The position numbers and the translations under genes are program-made. From contig NC_068985.1 in NCBI RefSeq assembly GCF_001194135.2, positions 50,219,547-50,283,546 on the forward strand: a DNA stretch of 64,000 bases. Direction: 5' to 3'. Of this stretch, positions 38,770-51,997 are shown piece by piece; the first letter of the stretch is position 1, and each line of letters begins with the position of its first letter. Origin of the DNA: Octopus bimaculoides. Lineage: Eukaryota. The notes under the pieces were generated by a model. That model did not search any database. It was not told the DNA's origin and saw only the letters and a list, made by a program, of their open reading frames with translations.

Positions 38770-39620
38770 GAAATATTGTCGATTTTTACCCGTCAATATC
38801 TAAGCTTTTGCTTCCAAAACCATTGGACTACGCCAAGCAGTATGTCACCATCGATAGCTCGGAAATAGATATCCTGCGTGCAAAGAATCCCCTTCCTTTT
38901 TATGATGATTCCACTTGGGTCAAAAAGAGTGAGAATTCTCCTCTCCATGTACCGATGGGGGCATATGATGGGGCGGAGTTGTGTATACTTATAGGAGCTT
39001 ATATTTTGCATAATCTGCATCTAGAATTCCCTTTTATATATGCAGGATTATACAGGGATGACGGTCTTATAGTCACCCATAAACTTAGGAAGAATCTGAT
39101 TACTTTCTTCCAAAGAATGGGCTTACGGACTACGATAGAAAGTAACCTTAATAACGTAGATTTTTTTATATATCAACTTAGATTTGCAATTAGATAAATT
39201 TAATCCCTACCGTAAGCCTAATGAAAAGCTATGTTATATTAGCAAAGAATCTAATCACCCATCCGTAACCTAGTTAGTAATGTAGGAAGGTAAATATCAT
39301 CAATTTCTTCAGATGAAACAGCATTTCAAAATGCTGCGCCGTATAATGCATTAAGGAAAAGTGGATTCTCGAAGATCCAGTATAGTCAAGCTAATTCTGA
39401 CAATAATAGACCACGTACAACTAGAACTAAGGAGGTTTTGTGGTTTAACCCCGCATTTAATATTGCCGTAAAAACTAATCAAAGTAGGGAATTCTAAAAA
39501 TTAGTTTCTAAACATTTTCAATCTAGCCATAAGTTCTACAGAAATTTTAATAGAACACTGGTGGTTAGCTATTCTTGTTGCAAAAACTTCACCTCTTTTA
39601 TTATACAGGATAACACGAAA
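38770..39620 (+). mobile_element. Penelope-like RT pseudogene (Naiad-like)
   Basis: PMGAYDGAELCILIG, GLYRDDGL, YRKPN, SNHP, VLWFNPAF..SYSC. Confidence 0.88.
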
Positions 39621-40055
39621 ATTATTACATCATCTGTTCCAGAGACGCGAGTTCTTAAATTCGTGCAGGCACGCCACGAGGTTTAAAATGCTAATCGATA
39701 TAATACCGTATGGGTAAAATGTTTTGACTTTCGGAAAATTTTGTGCGTGCGTGCATACATATATATGCGTTTGTATATATTTATGTCTTGCCTATATATG
39801 TCTGTATATGTGTGTAGCCATGTACCTGCGTCTGTATGTTTAGTGTATATACGTATATTATAGATTTCTGGTATGTGTATATATTGCTAAATGTATATGT
39901 AATCTAGCGTGAAAAAAATTTTTAAACGGATATATCTTTTAATTTATTAATTTATTGTTTTTACAGCTAATTATTTTCCCTGGGTATTCAGGCCTTTTTT
40001 CTTCTTCATAAACTATTTTTCATTTAAGGTTTTCCTCGATTTATGTGCTTACTCT

Positions 40056-40127
<72 letters not shown>

Positions 40128-40161
40128 TGTATGTATGTATGTATGTATACACATACATATA

Positions 40162-41273
40162 CAGGGTGCATAAGGTATTTGAGGTCATACCTTTTTTGGC
40201 TCATTGCTGCATTGTTTGCTAGCTCTGTATAATTTTTGTTTCAGAAAATAATAATGGTAGACCCTCAGCTTACGCAAGAAATGAAGCATGCTGTTATTGT
40301 GGTTATAAAGGTTGAGCATAGCGTTTTAAAAATATCTCGGCTTTTAGAAGTTGCCAGATCTTTCGTCTACAAAGTTTGTAAGGAGCTGGAGATGGAAACG
40401 TATCACCAGTACCAAAGCATTCTAAACGCTCTGAAATCATCAGAATGCCTGAATTTATCCAGCAAGTTAAAAAGACTATTGATTACAATCCCAAAAAGTC
40501 CATGAGGTCAATTGCAAAAGATCTCCATGTGTCAGAAGGAACAGGCAGAAATGCTGTCCATGAAGACATCAGATATAAATCTTATATGATGAGGAAAGGT
40601 CAATTTGTCAGAAAAAACAAAAAAAAAAAAATCACTGCATCAAATCTAAAAAGCTCTTAAACAAACAGAAAAATCCAGCAGAAGATTTAATTTGGTTTTT
40701 CTCAAACGAGAAAAACTTCGACCAAGATCAAAAAGTTAACAGGAGAAATGTCAGATGGTTATGTGCAGACCCTTCTGAAGTTCCAAGTGTTATGCATACA
40801 CAATTTCCTGCAACTGTCATGGTTTACGGGGTTGTCAGCAATGAAAGACATGTGATGCCTCCTTACTTATTTCCACAAAGCCTTAGAGTTAACTCTGCCA
40901 CCTACATTGAGATCCTGGAAATAAGTGTTAAGCCCTGGATAGACAGTGTATGCAATGGAAAGCCATATGTGTTTCAGTAAGACTCAAAACTATCACACAT
41001 GGCTCTAGTAACACAGGAATGGATGGCTGAAAGTTTTCATGATCATATAACCCTAAATTTTGGCCTCCTAATTCCCCAGATCTCAGTCCATTGGACTATT
41101 ACATGTGGAGCGTTGTTGAGAGAGAGGTCAATGAACACGCCCATAACACCAAAGATTCTTTGAAAGCTGCCATAGTCAGAGCAATGTCCAAAATGAACTT
41201 GATTCGAGCATGTAGATGATTTAGATCTCATATAGAAGCAGTTGTTGAAGCTGAAGGTGGGTTTATTTAATAA
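40162..41273 (+). mobile_element. DD37D (maT-type) transposase pseudogene
   Basis: TA-CAGGGTG start; FSNEKNF, FPATVMVYGVVS, PYVFQ*D..WPPNSPDLSPLDY; 37 residues between the 2nd and 3rd D after repairing a 1-nt deletion; right TIR not found. Confidence 0.85.
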
Positions 41274-41464
41274 CATTATAGAATGCGAATATAGATAGAT
41301 GCATCGGTTAGGATGCGAAAATAATTGATACATATGTGATGGTAACGTAAACAAAGTCGTAATCCTTACATTAATTTTTTTGTTCTTGCGCTGGTAAATT
41401 CGGTGGGTAGAGGTTTGATTGTGGTAGACTGGTTAGTTTCGGTGGGTAATTAGGGCGGGGTGAG

Positions 41465-41532
41465 TATTATTTAGGTGTTGGGTTCCTAGTTTGATTAAGC
41501 ACATTAATTAGGAACCCCACACCTAAATAATA
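41465..41532. repeat. 24-bp inverted repeat (23/24) with 20-nt loop at the junction of two opposed PLE-like fragments
   Basis: TATTATTTAGGTGTTGGGTTCCTA ... TAGGAACCCCACACCTAAATAATA. Confidence 0.8.
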
Positions 41533-42012
41533 GAACAGCACCCAACACGTAGAAACTGAAAAAAGCAGTTAAATATGGCCAGAAAAGGCTATTGTTTATA
41601 GCATCATAGCGCACTTTAAAGTGCAAGCATGGATACTAACAAATGGCCGAAACGTAATGTAGACAAAAAAGAATTTATTAATTTGAATGCACTATGATTT
41701 TTAAAATGTGACTATTCTATGTATATTCTCTGTTTTCTTTAAACTATTAATTATTTCCCCTATATCGAAAAGAATGAAGTCTCCATAGGGACACCTGGAC
41801 TTTCGGAAGTGAAAAGTACTAAAAATGGTCAAACTGACCGATCACAAATATTAGCACATAAACATACGAATGATATCCAGAATCATCAATTGATAATAGC
41901 GCAAAACTGGCACCCGTAGGATAACATATCCTCACAAAAACTTCTTTACAAAGAAAAAGTTTTTTGAATACAGGCCTATATATACATACATACATACATA
42001 CATACATACATG

Positions 42013-42093
<81 letters not shown>

Positions 42094-42741
42094 NNNNNNN
42101 NNNNNNNNNNNNNNNNNNNNNNNNNNNNNNNNNNNNNNNNNNNNNNNNNNNNNNNNNNNNNNNNNNNNNNNNNNNNNNNNNNNNNNNNNNNNNNNNNNNN
42201 NNNNNNNNNNNNNNNNNNNNNNNNNNNNNNNNNNNNNNNNNNNNNNNNNNNNNNNNNNNNNNNNNNNNNNNNNNNNNNNNNNNNNNNNNNNNNNNNNNNN
42301 NNNNNNNNNNNNNNNNNNNNNNNNNNNNNNNNNNNNNNNNNNNNNNNNNNNNNNNNNNNNNNNNNNNNNNNNNNNNNNNNNNNNNNNNNNNNNNNNNNNN
42401 NNNNNNNNNNNNNNNNNNNNNNNNNNNNNNNNNNNNNNNNNNNNNNNNNNNNNNNNNNNNNNNNNNNNNNNNNNNNNNNNNNNNNNNNNNNNNNNNNNNN
42501 NNNNNNNNNNNNNNNNNNNNNNNNNNNNNNNNNNNNNNNNNNNNNNNNNNNNNNNNNNNNNNNNNNNNNNNNNNNNNNNNNNNNNNNNNNNNNNNNNNNN
42601 NNNNNNNNNNNNNNNNNNNNNNNNNNNNNNNNNNNNNNNNNNNNNNNNNNNNNNNNNNNNNNNNNNNNNNNNNNNNNNNNNNNNNNNNNNNNNNNNNNNN
42701 NNNNNNNNNNNNNNNNNNNNNNNNNNNNNNNNNNNNNNNNN

Positions 42742-43150
42742 GCTCTGGCAAGGGCGGTGTGGATAGTGGTGAGGGGATATCCACGAAGGATGAAGTGGCA
42801 AGCCATGAGTTGAGACTGAGTCTTAAAGTCATGGTTGTCGTTGCAGAGCCTGCGTAGAAGGGGGAATTGGGAGTAGTGGATGGAGAGCTTGGTGTGAGTA
42901 GAGTGGGAGGAGGAGAAGTTGAATTATGAGTGTGAGTCGGTGTGTTTGTAGTAGATGGAGGTAGTGAGAGCAGAGTTGTGTATGTTAACTGAAATGCTGA
43001 GAAAGGAGAAGTGTTGGAAATGGTGCAGGAGAATTCGAGGGCAGGATGGGGGGATTGGACAAAAGAGAGGAAGGAGTCCAGTTGTTCGTGGAAGAGCGAG
43101 GTCGCACCGATACAGTCATCAATATAACGACCGTATAGTTCGGAAGTGGG
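42742..43150 (-). mobile_element. Penelope-like RT fragment (Neptune-like)
   Basis: LYGRYIDDCIG, YYKHTDSH, SQF..LRRLC, RGYP in the minus-strand translation. Confidence 0.85.
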
Positions 43151-43199
43151 ACATGTATATATATATATATATATATATCTCGCTATGATTGACTGCTAA

Positions 43200-44740
43200 C
43201 TCTACAATTTTTTTATTCCCTTTCTGTTTTTTAAAAGAATATTTGCATAGTATTCAAACACAAAGGGCATTTTCCTTGTTTCTGCCTGTGTCTGTCTCTC
43301 TTGTTTACTCTTGTGAGTTTCTTTGGCATGAAAGTTTAGAGAAACTTAATGAATTTCAAGCATTTATAAATGGACTTGACATAAACATTCAATTCACGAT
43401 GGAATATAGCCATCAACAACTTCCTTTCCTCGGCTCATGCCACCCCAGACACACCAGAATGAATATCCCCTCAATCTAGCAAGAAGGACATGTACTATAC
43501 TTTCTAATGCAATCACCAGGGACACACGACTACATGAACTAAATGATGCACTCATTACCAGGAACTATTCAACTTCACTAATTGAGATATGCTTTCAACG
43601 TGCCCTACAACTCAACATCTACTAACTCAGACATCCCAAATTAAAGAATGATTCACCACCAAAAGCCATACCATACATCTCCACACACAACCCTCTTAAC
43701 AATGAAGCCTTCGACACCATCCTTCAAAATATTCCCCTACTAAAAAAGGACCACAGAATGAACTTAATCCTCCAAACACACACCGTCATAAAAAGCAAGA
43801 GACAACCCACATCTATGAAAAGTCTCCTAACACAAGCCCGAATACGCTTCTCAACAACACTGAAACTGTCAGTAAAAAAATGCGGAAGACCCAACTGTGG
43901 GATGGCTCTGCACAGATCCCAGATCAAAATTCCCCAAAACAGAAAAATAGCATTCAGCCAACATATCGACATTTGCACCAATAACAAGAATCCAAACTTC
44001 AGAATTTTCCCCTCTACCAATTCAGGGACGATACAACCTGTAGCCAACAAATTAGTAAAGAGACTCTCTTTATCACAAAATATAGACCCCTTTTGAACGC
44101 ATTTACAACAAACAACATATCAACCACGGCCTTAGAATAACACAAACACACACGTAATTAGTAAAGATGATACACTCAAGAGATTCCCAAGAATTCATTA
44201 AAAAATAGTCCCAATCACTGCTATAATCCATAACGAATCACTTTTAGGACACTTGACCCTTTAACATACTACTACTATCATACCACCTGCATTCCTTTAT
44301 TATTCTCCCTTCTCTTTCTCTTTCGTCTTCTTCCTCTCCGCCACTTCTTTCCTAACTTTACTACTATTGCTGTTTAAAATAACACCTACGCAAATTTCAT
44401 AAACAATACATTCAAAAGAGATGTCTCAAGAATTCAATCACTACTACCATCCACAACAAGTCACTTTCAGGGCACTTGACCATTTAACATCTTATTACTA
44501 TTATGGCACTCCCGCATTCTCCTCCTCCTCCTTCTTCTTCTTCTTCTTCTTCTTCTTCTTCTTCTTCTTCTTCTTCTTCCCTGCCAACAATTCACAACGA
44601 CCTCGAACTCACAAGAGTAAACAAGACAGACAAAGACAGGCAGAAACAAGGGAAATGCCCCTTGTATTTGAATACTATGCAAATATTCTTTGAAAAACTT
44701 TTCTTGTAATTTTTCCAAAATTTAAATTGGTTTCCATACN
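43200..44740 (+). mobile_element. Penelope-like element, 5'-truncated with inverted 5' junction
   Basis: IQFTMEYS..LPFL, SCHPRHT, NLARR, KCGRPNCG Cys linker; 43234-43319 is the inverse of 44606-44691. Confidence 0.8.
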
Positions 44741-45520
44741 NNNNNNNNNNNNNNNNNNNNNNNNNNNNNNNNNNNNNNNNNNNNNNNNNNNNNNNNNNNN
44801 NNNNNNNNNNNNNNNNNNNNNNNNNNNNNNNNNNNNNNNNNNNNNNNNNNNNNNNNNNNNNNNNNNNNNNNNNNNNNNNNNNNNNNNNNNNNNNNNNNNN
44901 NNNNNNNNNNNNNNNNNNNNNNNNNNNNNNNNNNNNNNNNNNNNNNNNNNNNNNNNNNNNNNNNNNNNNNNNNNNNNNNNNNNNNNNNNNNNNNNNNNNN
45001 NNNNNNNNNNNNNNNNNNNNNNNNNNNNNNNNNNNNNNNNNNNNNNNNNNNNNNNNNNNNNNNNNNNNNNNNNNNNNNNNNNNNNNNNNNNNNNNNNNNN
45101 NNNNNNNNNNNNNNNNNNNNNNNNNNNNNNNNNNNNNNNNNNNNNNNNNNNNNNNNNNNNNNNNNNNNNNNNNNNNNNNNNNNNNNNNNNNNNNNNNNNN
45201 NNNNNNNNNNNNNNNNNNNNNNNNNNNNNNNNNNNNNNNNNNNNNNNNNNNNNNNNNNNNNNNNNNNNNNNNNNNNNNNNNNNNNNNNNNNNNNNNNNNN
45301 NNNNNNNNNNNNNNNNNNNNNNNNNNNNNNNNNNNNNNNNNNNNNNNNNNNNNNNNNNNNNNNNNNNNNNNNNNNGAATACATGGAAATCGATCTTACTC
45401 TCTGGTTAAATAATTTGGTCATCAGCTGGAAAAATTACTAAAATGTGTCAGAAAACAGATAGCTGATATCAGAGATCTGAGCTATTAGGATAATCTTTAA
45501 ACAATATCTCTCTTCTTTCA

Positions 45521-45730
45521 AGGCGGCAATCTGGCAGAAACGTTAGCACGCCGGGCGAAATGCTGAGTGATATTTTGTTTGTTTTTACGTTCTGAGTTCA
45601 AATTCCGCCGAAGTCGACTTTGCCTTTCATCCTTTCGGGGTCGATAAATTAAGTACGAGTTACCTACTGGGGTCGATCTAATCGACTGGCTCCCTCCCCC
45701 AAAATTTCGGGCCTTGTACCTAGAGTAGAA
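45521..45730 (+). mobile_element. SINE family A, tail type 2
   Basis: Full length; ATA(T/C)CTCTCTTCTT on both sides. Confidence 0.88.
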
Positions 45731-46977
45731 ATTAATACCTCTCTTCTTACGCACCATCGAGAAAGCCTCAACATGGTGGACCAACATGCAAGAAATAGCA
45801 GCCAAGTTAATCTAAAATCACATTTTGTCTTTAAAATAAACGAGTCATTATTTAATGAGTCCTATATTCACTAAGTTTCTGAATAAAAACGGGGGTGGCC
45901 AAAACTGGAACGTCTTTAATCATATATCTACAAGATCATGGCTGACCTGGGGAACAACAACATCAATGTTTCTTTTATCTAGAACGCTAACAAGAACATT
46001 CTACGTATGTAATGTTGTCGAAAGTCAGGTTGGCTGTGTTTGGAATACAAGCTAGATTAGGCGTGAATATGAGAAGGTTATATGTCAGCTCGCCAAACTA
46101 TCTGGTTTGCACACCCGTATCAGGAGCCGTTGAATGATTATGTTAGGTTTAGCATTCAGAGAACCACGATTCTGTAAAGTTAGCATATATATGATATTTT
46201 TTTACTTGAATCGTAGCATAATCCCGACGCACAACAGTGTTCCGAATAATGATCAAAATGTATTCCAGTCATGGCCATCCCTTCTTAAATTTTCAGACTT
46301 AATGTTTGTATATCTATATTATCCATGTATAACACTCCTTCTTAAGGTGATAGAGTGTTGGGTGAGGGAAGATCTGACAGGTTGAGCAACAAGTTGACTA
46401 GTCAGATTAGTATAATCATTTGAAAAGTATAATAATTTTGTTTTGGTTGTCCCAACAGAAGTGTGATCTGGCAAACTAATTAAAGTGTCAGAATGGCTTC
46501 AACGAGAATTGTCGTGAAATATGGAAATTCTCGACTGAGCAATTTGTATGATTCCATTTTTAAAAAACGTTATGAAATTTATATTCCATTGACTTACAAT
46601 CTAGACATTAGGGTCAGTTACCGAATTAGTAATAATTTTGCAAACGAATACTTTAGAAGTAATGAATTAAATGATTTAAAGAAATAATTAGAGAGTTCAT
46701 TATAAAATTGATTAAGTGGGTTTGTGGTAAGAAGCTTTCTTTTCAACCACATGGTTCTGCGTTTAGTTTCGCTGCATGACACCTTGAGTAAGTGTCTTCG
46801 GCCTCGGGCCGAACAAAGCCTTGTGAGGGGATTTGGTAGACAGAAACTGAAAGAAGCCCGTCGTGTGTGTATATATATATATATATATAGGAGAATTCAC
46901 GAAAAAACAAAAGACGAAGACAGGTGGTGTAAACAACAAATGGATGTATTAGTATAACGCTCGGGAATAGAGAAAGT

Positions 46978-47013
46978 CTTTAACGTTTCGAGCCTACGCT
47001 CTTCAACAGAAAG
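46978..47013 (-). ncRNA. Variant minimal hammerhead (A6U)
   Basis: CUUU-CUGUUGA-A-GAGC(GUAG)GCUC-GAA-ACGU-U-AAAG. Confidence 0.6.
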
Positions 47014-47289
47014 GAACACAGAAAGAAACATACATACATANNNNNNNNNNNNNNNNNNNNNNNNNNNNNNNNNNNNNNNNNNNNNNNNNNNNNNNNNNNN
47101 NNNNNNNNNNNNNNNNNNNNNNNNNNNNNNNNNNNNNNNNNNNNNNNNNNNNNNNNNNNNNNNNNNNNNNNNNNNNNNNNNNNNNNNNNNNNNNNNNNNN
47201 NNNNNNNNNNNNNNTATATGTATGTATGTATATATGTATGTATATATGTATGTATGTATGTATTATGTATGTATGTATGTATTTATGTG

Positions 47290-47500
47290 TGCGAGTGTTT
47301 GTCCCCCCGCCATCGCTTGACAACCGATGCTGGTGTGTTTATGTTTCCGTAACATTAGAGGTTCGGCAAAAGTGACCGTTAGAATAAGTACTAGGCTTAC
47401 AAAAAAAATAAGTCCTGAGTCGATTTCTTCGACTAAAACCGTTTAAGGTTGTACTCCAGTATGACCGCAGTCAATTGACCGAAATAAGTAAAAGAATATA
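47290..47500 (+). mobile_element. SINE family D 3' module (minus-strand relatives at 11400-11610 and 57185-57335)
   Basis: GTGTTTGTCCCCCC..CGCTTGACAACCG..GGTTCGGCAAAAG..TCCAG.ATGACCGCAGTC..AAGTAAAAGAATA. Confidence 0.65.
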
Positions 47501-48289
47501 AGAACAAATGAGTCAAGATATAATCATCTCTCTCCGATTAAAGATTCAATCGGAAACTTGTTCCCACAACAAAATAATCTTTACTACTGTTTGAATTATG
47601 TGTATTTACTATTTATCAACACAGACTATCACTATTAATTACCTAGGATAATATATCTGAAAAAATAAGACGGTATGGTCACAGCTGGAATTAATTTGAT
47701 ATAAATCTGCTGGAACTGGGACTAAGCAACAATCCTATGATACCTATAATTACTTAGAATAGGACGGACCAACGAGAGAGCCTCTAGCAATCACCCGACC
47801 TGCTAAATACACCAGTTAAATATCCTTCAAATAACATCCTACTCTCTGGAAAATTGGGGTGACACATCAAATAGTGTAATACTAGATACTCCTATAAAGA
47901 GAGGATGGTCCTGAGTGGAACGCCTTTTATAGAAAGTTGGTTTAATTACGGCTGACCTGTGGCTAAACAGTATCTTAGAGATAGGATAAGTTGGCTGCTG
48001 AAATTTAGATGTTTTGGCTTCGAACGCGACACAGTTTGACACAGTACCGGCCACAAGATATAAACTACCAACCCTTTCCCTGGATTTCTAGTACAATACT
48101 AATTCACCATTTCACATTTTTAGTTTGTTGTCTACAAATATGAATTCTTCGATCTCTTGTTTCTTGTCAGAATGAGTTATTTCTCGAAGAACTCTTAAAG
48201 TATATTTCAGTGATTTCAAAATTGAAAATCACCCATTCTTCTATTTTTCTCGCCTACTATTCCTAGAAGGGTCTTGGATGTAGAGCTTT

Positions 48290-48695
48290 CAGTTACTTCC
48301 TCCATAGGACGCTGTCAGAAGCAACGTCATTACACGTTCTTGAAAGATTTCCAAGTGTGACCAGCTGAGACTCTAGATATTATCCAAACATCTCACTCTT
48401 GGTCTGCCCTTAGGTCTACTACTGGTTGCTTCGGCATTCTAACCACACATTTGTAGTACCGAAGCTGTGACCTCTCAATGCAAGGAAGTAACAGCTCGAT
48501 CTACAGAAATTTCCTGAACTCCAAGCTACGTACCCTGTCGAGTAACGTTATTCCAGAGATCCTTCGGAAGGACACCATTTTGGCCGTTAGTATCTGTGAT
48601 CGTATTCTTTCGGTCATTAGCCAACATTCAACACCATTGGTAAGGATAGACAGGAAAACCGAATTGAAGACATATTTAAGAAGTTACTGCCGAAG
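48290..48695 (-). mobile_element. RTE-clade LINE 3' fragment
   Basis: VFNSVFLSILTNGVECWLMTERIRSQILTAKMVSFRRISGITLLDRVRS..IERSQLR. Confidence 0.8.
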
Positions 48696-49167
48696 CGAAT
48701 CATCGAATTGGCAGAATCGTTACTGTAATTACTAGTAATGCCTTCCGTTATTGTTTCAGTTTTCTGTACATTGAGTTCGAATCTGAGTTCGAACTTTACC
48801 TTTCGGGATCAATAAAAGAAGCAACAGACCAGGGTGGTTGATTAGTGGAATTGTTAGCATGTCAGACGGAATATTTCGTAGTATCTGCTTTGACTGTGTG
48901 CATTATTTTGAGTTCAAATTCGAAGGTGTTACCAAAAAATGCCAGGACTTATGATCAACAGATAATATCAGCAATTTAAAATAAAAAATGAAATAAAAAC
49001 AAAATGAAAGCAATTAAAACTATAGAAAAAAAAGCAAAGGATCCATGGTTACCTTCAATCTATCAGAAGATCGACTGTTATTACTAAAACCTAAATATAT
49101 TTAAATTAAATCTTTCAAATACTCATTTAACATGCAACAGTATCAGTCATATTTAGACAATTTGTTG

Positions 49168-49595
49168 AGTTGGCGAGATAGTAGAATTATTAGCACGCCG
49201 GAAGATCTGGCAGAAACGTTAGCACGCCGGGCGAAATGCTTAGCGGTATTTCGTCTGCCACTGCGTTCTGAGTTCAAATTCCGCCGAGGTCGACTTTGCC
49301 TTTCATCCTTTCGGGGTCGATAAATTAAGTACCAGTTACGTACTGGGGTCGATATAATCGACTTAATCCGTTTGTCTGTCCTTGTTTGTCCCCTCTGTGT
49401 GCAGCCCCTTGTGGGCAGTAAAGAAATAGGTACTTTTTCTGGCTCCACATTCTAAATTCAAATTCCGCTGAAGTCGACCTTAGCTTTCATTCTTTCGAAA
49501 GCAATAAAATAAGTCACAGCTGAACATTGGTTCGATGTAATCGACCTCCTCCTCCCCACAAATTTGCTGGTCTTGTGTCTATAGTAGAAGGAATA
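49168..49595 (+). mobile_element. Young SINE A (tail 1, 49207-49428) nested in an older SINE A
   Basis: Old head at 49168-49200 resumes at about 49445 with core and tail. Confidence 0.8.
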
Positions 49596-50685
49596 TTTAA
49601 AACATTTGTAACAGAATTATATAAAAATATCAAGTAAATGCTATCATTCCGAATTCAAATCCAGGTGCAATTTATATTATTTAAAGGCAAGTCCTGCGCT
49701 TATTACCTTCTGTAGAGACAGATAGAATAAAGTCATTCCTAGATCAGAGACCTGACCCAAGTACTACAATTATCACTTCTCCAGAAAGATAGCTATCGTG
49801 ACAGATTAAATAAATACAAAAGAAAATAAAATGATGCTTCATGATACATGGTGATTGCAGAATCAGTAGAGTATTGGACAAAATGCATGGGAGTATTTAA
49901 TTACGACGCTTTACGTTCTAAGTTTAAATGTTATAGAGGCCGACTTATTGCTTCATCCAAACAGAATATATAAAATGAGTACCAGTCAAGTTGAGGATCG
50001 ATTTAATTGACCATAACTCACTAGACATCGTCTTTCCTTTAAACAAAATATTAGTTGCCCCGGTATATATGAGTAGATGCATTGTATATTGTTTCTATTC
50101 TACATTCAGATCTTGTGTGGATCTATTTCATTTTCACCAGTAGATAAAGCAAGTGCCAGGTAATTGACGATTTCATTAACAAAAAAAAAAAAAGTACCCA
50201 TCCTCCATATATTGTTCGTCAAACACCATTACTTCTGACCAACAGGACTCCAATGCGGTCGCTTAACCATTTTACAGCCTTTTTTTTTAGGGCTTGGTTT
50301 GCAAGAAGGAAGCATCGTATATGGTATTTGAGGGGCCTTCGATATAAGTGAAATCAGATACAAAAAGTAGACAAATCTCTTTCAAATCATACAGTATAAT
50401 CTTTAAAAAAAGCAAAGGGCACATTAGAGAATATAATTCTATAGATCTCTGAAAAAGACAAGATGGTCATAACTGGAATGTCTTTGATCATAGAGCTACT
50501 TGACCAGGGTTGATTGCTCTAGAGAATTACAGCAATGCGATTAATTTAAGAGATAATGGAGTGGAAATGAAAAGATAAAAGAAAGGAGAACGACGATAAA
50601 AATGAATGAGAGTGAAATGAAGTAACGACAAGAATATTGAAGAACCATTTGAAAAAAAATCACAAAAAAAATTCTCTCTTCTTAC

Positions 50686-50950
50686 CTGCCATCTGGCTGG
50701 TGTGAATGGTCAACATGTTTTTAACGATGTAGAATAAAGTCAACTCCCTTTTGTCAAGAAAGCACTAAAAATAAGCTGCTTTTCTCATGTGATACATGTC
50801 TTTCTTACAGAGTGAGAGGAAATGCGTGGTTTCCTTCCGTAAAGTCGGAACCAACTCATTCATACTAGTAAAGGATATATGGTTGCTGTAACTAAAAGGG
50901 ATATGCGTAAGAGACAAGTATCAGCAGTGACTTGTAGTCTACTAAATTTA
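50686..50950 (-). other. Candidate upstream non-coding exon of noggin-like (5' boundary unknown)
   Basis: Strong donor GGCAG|GTAAGA at 50686/50685 in unique, non-repeat sequence on the gene's strand; no transcript evidence. Confidence 0.3.
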
Positions 50951-51546
50951 CTTTATTTGTTTTTCTTCTTTTTCTTCTTCCGGGAGTGGCAGGGAAGATA
51001 ATGGCTGGTGATACCAAATTTTCAGACAACTGGCGTTATATAATTAGTGAAGCTTTCAAGAAGGTATATGTCACTCGAATAACACGAAATAGAAGTTAAG
51101 TATTAGTTACAAAAATGGAACAACAGCAGCAACCACAACAACAACGATAGGAGATATAGAATAAATCTATTTAAAAATTTCAAAGGGAAGGGGAGGAGAA
51201 GGAGGAGGAGGAGGAGGAGAAAGGGGTGAGAAAAAGAAGAGGGGACGAAGAGGTGGAATGATGAGAAAAAAAAAACGGTGTCAAGTGTATTTCAAGCATT
51301 TATATCTTGAATGATTCCATATTTCCTCACAAGAACGTCTTTGTGCAGTGGCTCAATTTATTTGCACATATACACAAAGATAATATGGCTAACGTCAATA
51401 CTACAAAATGCTCGCTCATAACATCCACTATTGAAAAGTTTAGAAGATCAAAGGGAGATAAAATATCGGCCTCAGGTTCTTAGGTTATAGTCTTGCAACA
51501 CTGCATCTTTAGTAGGAAAACTCTGAATGAGCTCTTCCAATATTAG

Positions 51547-51581
<35 letters not shown>

Positions 51582-51639
51582 CTTCTTCTTCTTCTTCTTC
51601 TTCTTCTTCTTCTTCTTCTTCTTCTTTTTTCTTCTCTTT

Positions 51640-51926
51640 ATCACAAGTTTTGTTGGAGCTCCTAGAGTCTTGCATGCATAGCGGGCTTACTATCTGCACC
51701 CTACGGTACCATGCTATCCGTTCTTTTCAGCTATTTAATACTTTCCTGATTATTCTGGCCGTGCCAAGGAAGCAAACCTTTTGTAACAGCTCTACTGGGC
51801 ACTCCAATTTCCTTTATATTCCTCTTGATGCCTTCTGATACTGTTCCCAAGGACCCAACAGTAATTGGCACTATCTTCCCCTTCTTCATTTTCCATAGCC
51901 GGGCTATTTCGTATTTAAGAGGGCTA

Positions 51927-51997
<71 letters not shown>

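Noticed and set aside
41550-41662. Possible hammerhead with a long stem-II insertion (CTGAAAA...GGCCGAAACGTA)
   Set aside because: Core is altered and stem I does not pair; not counted.
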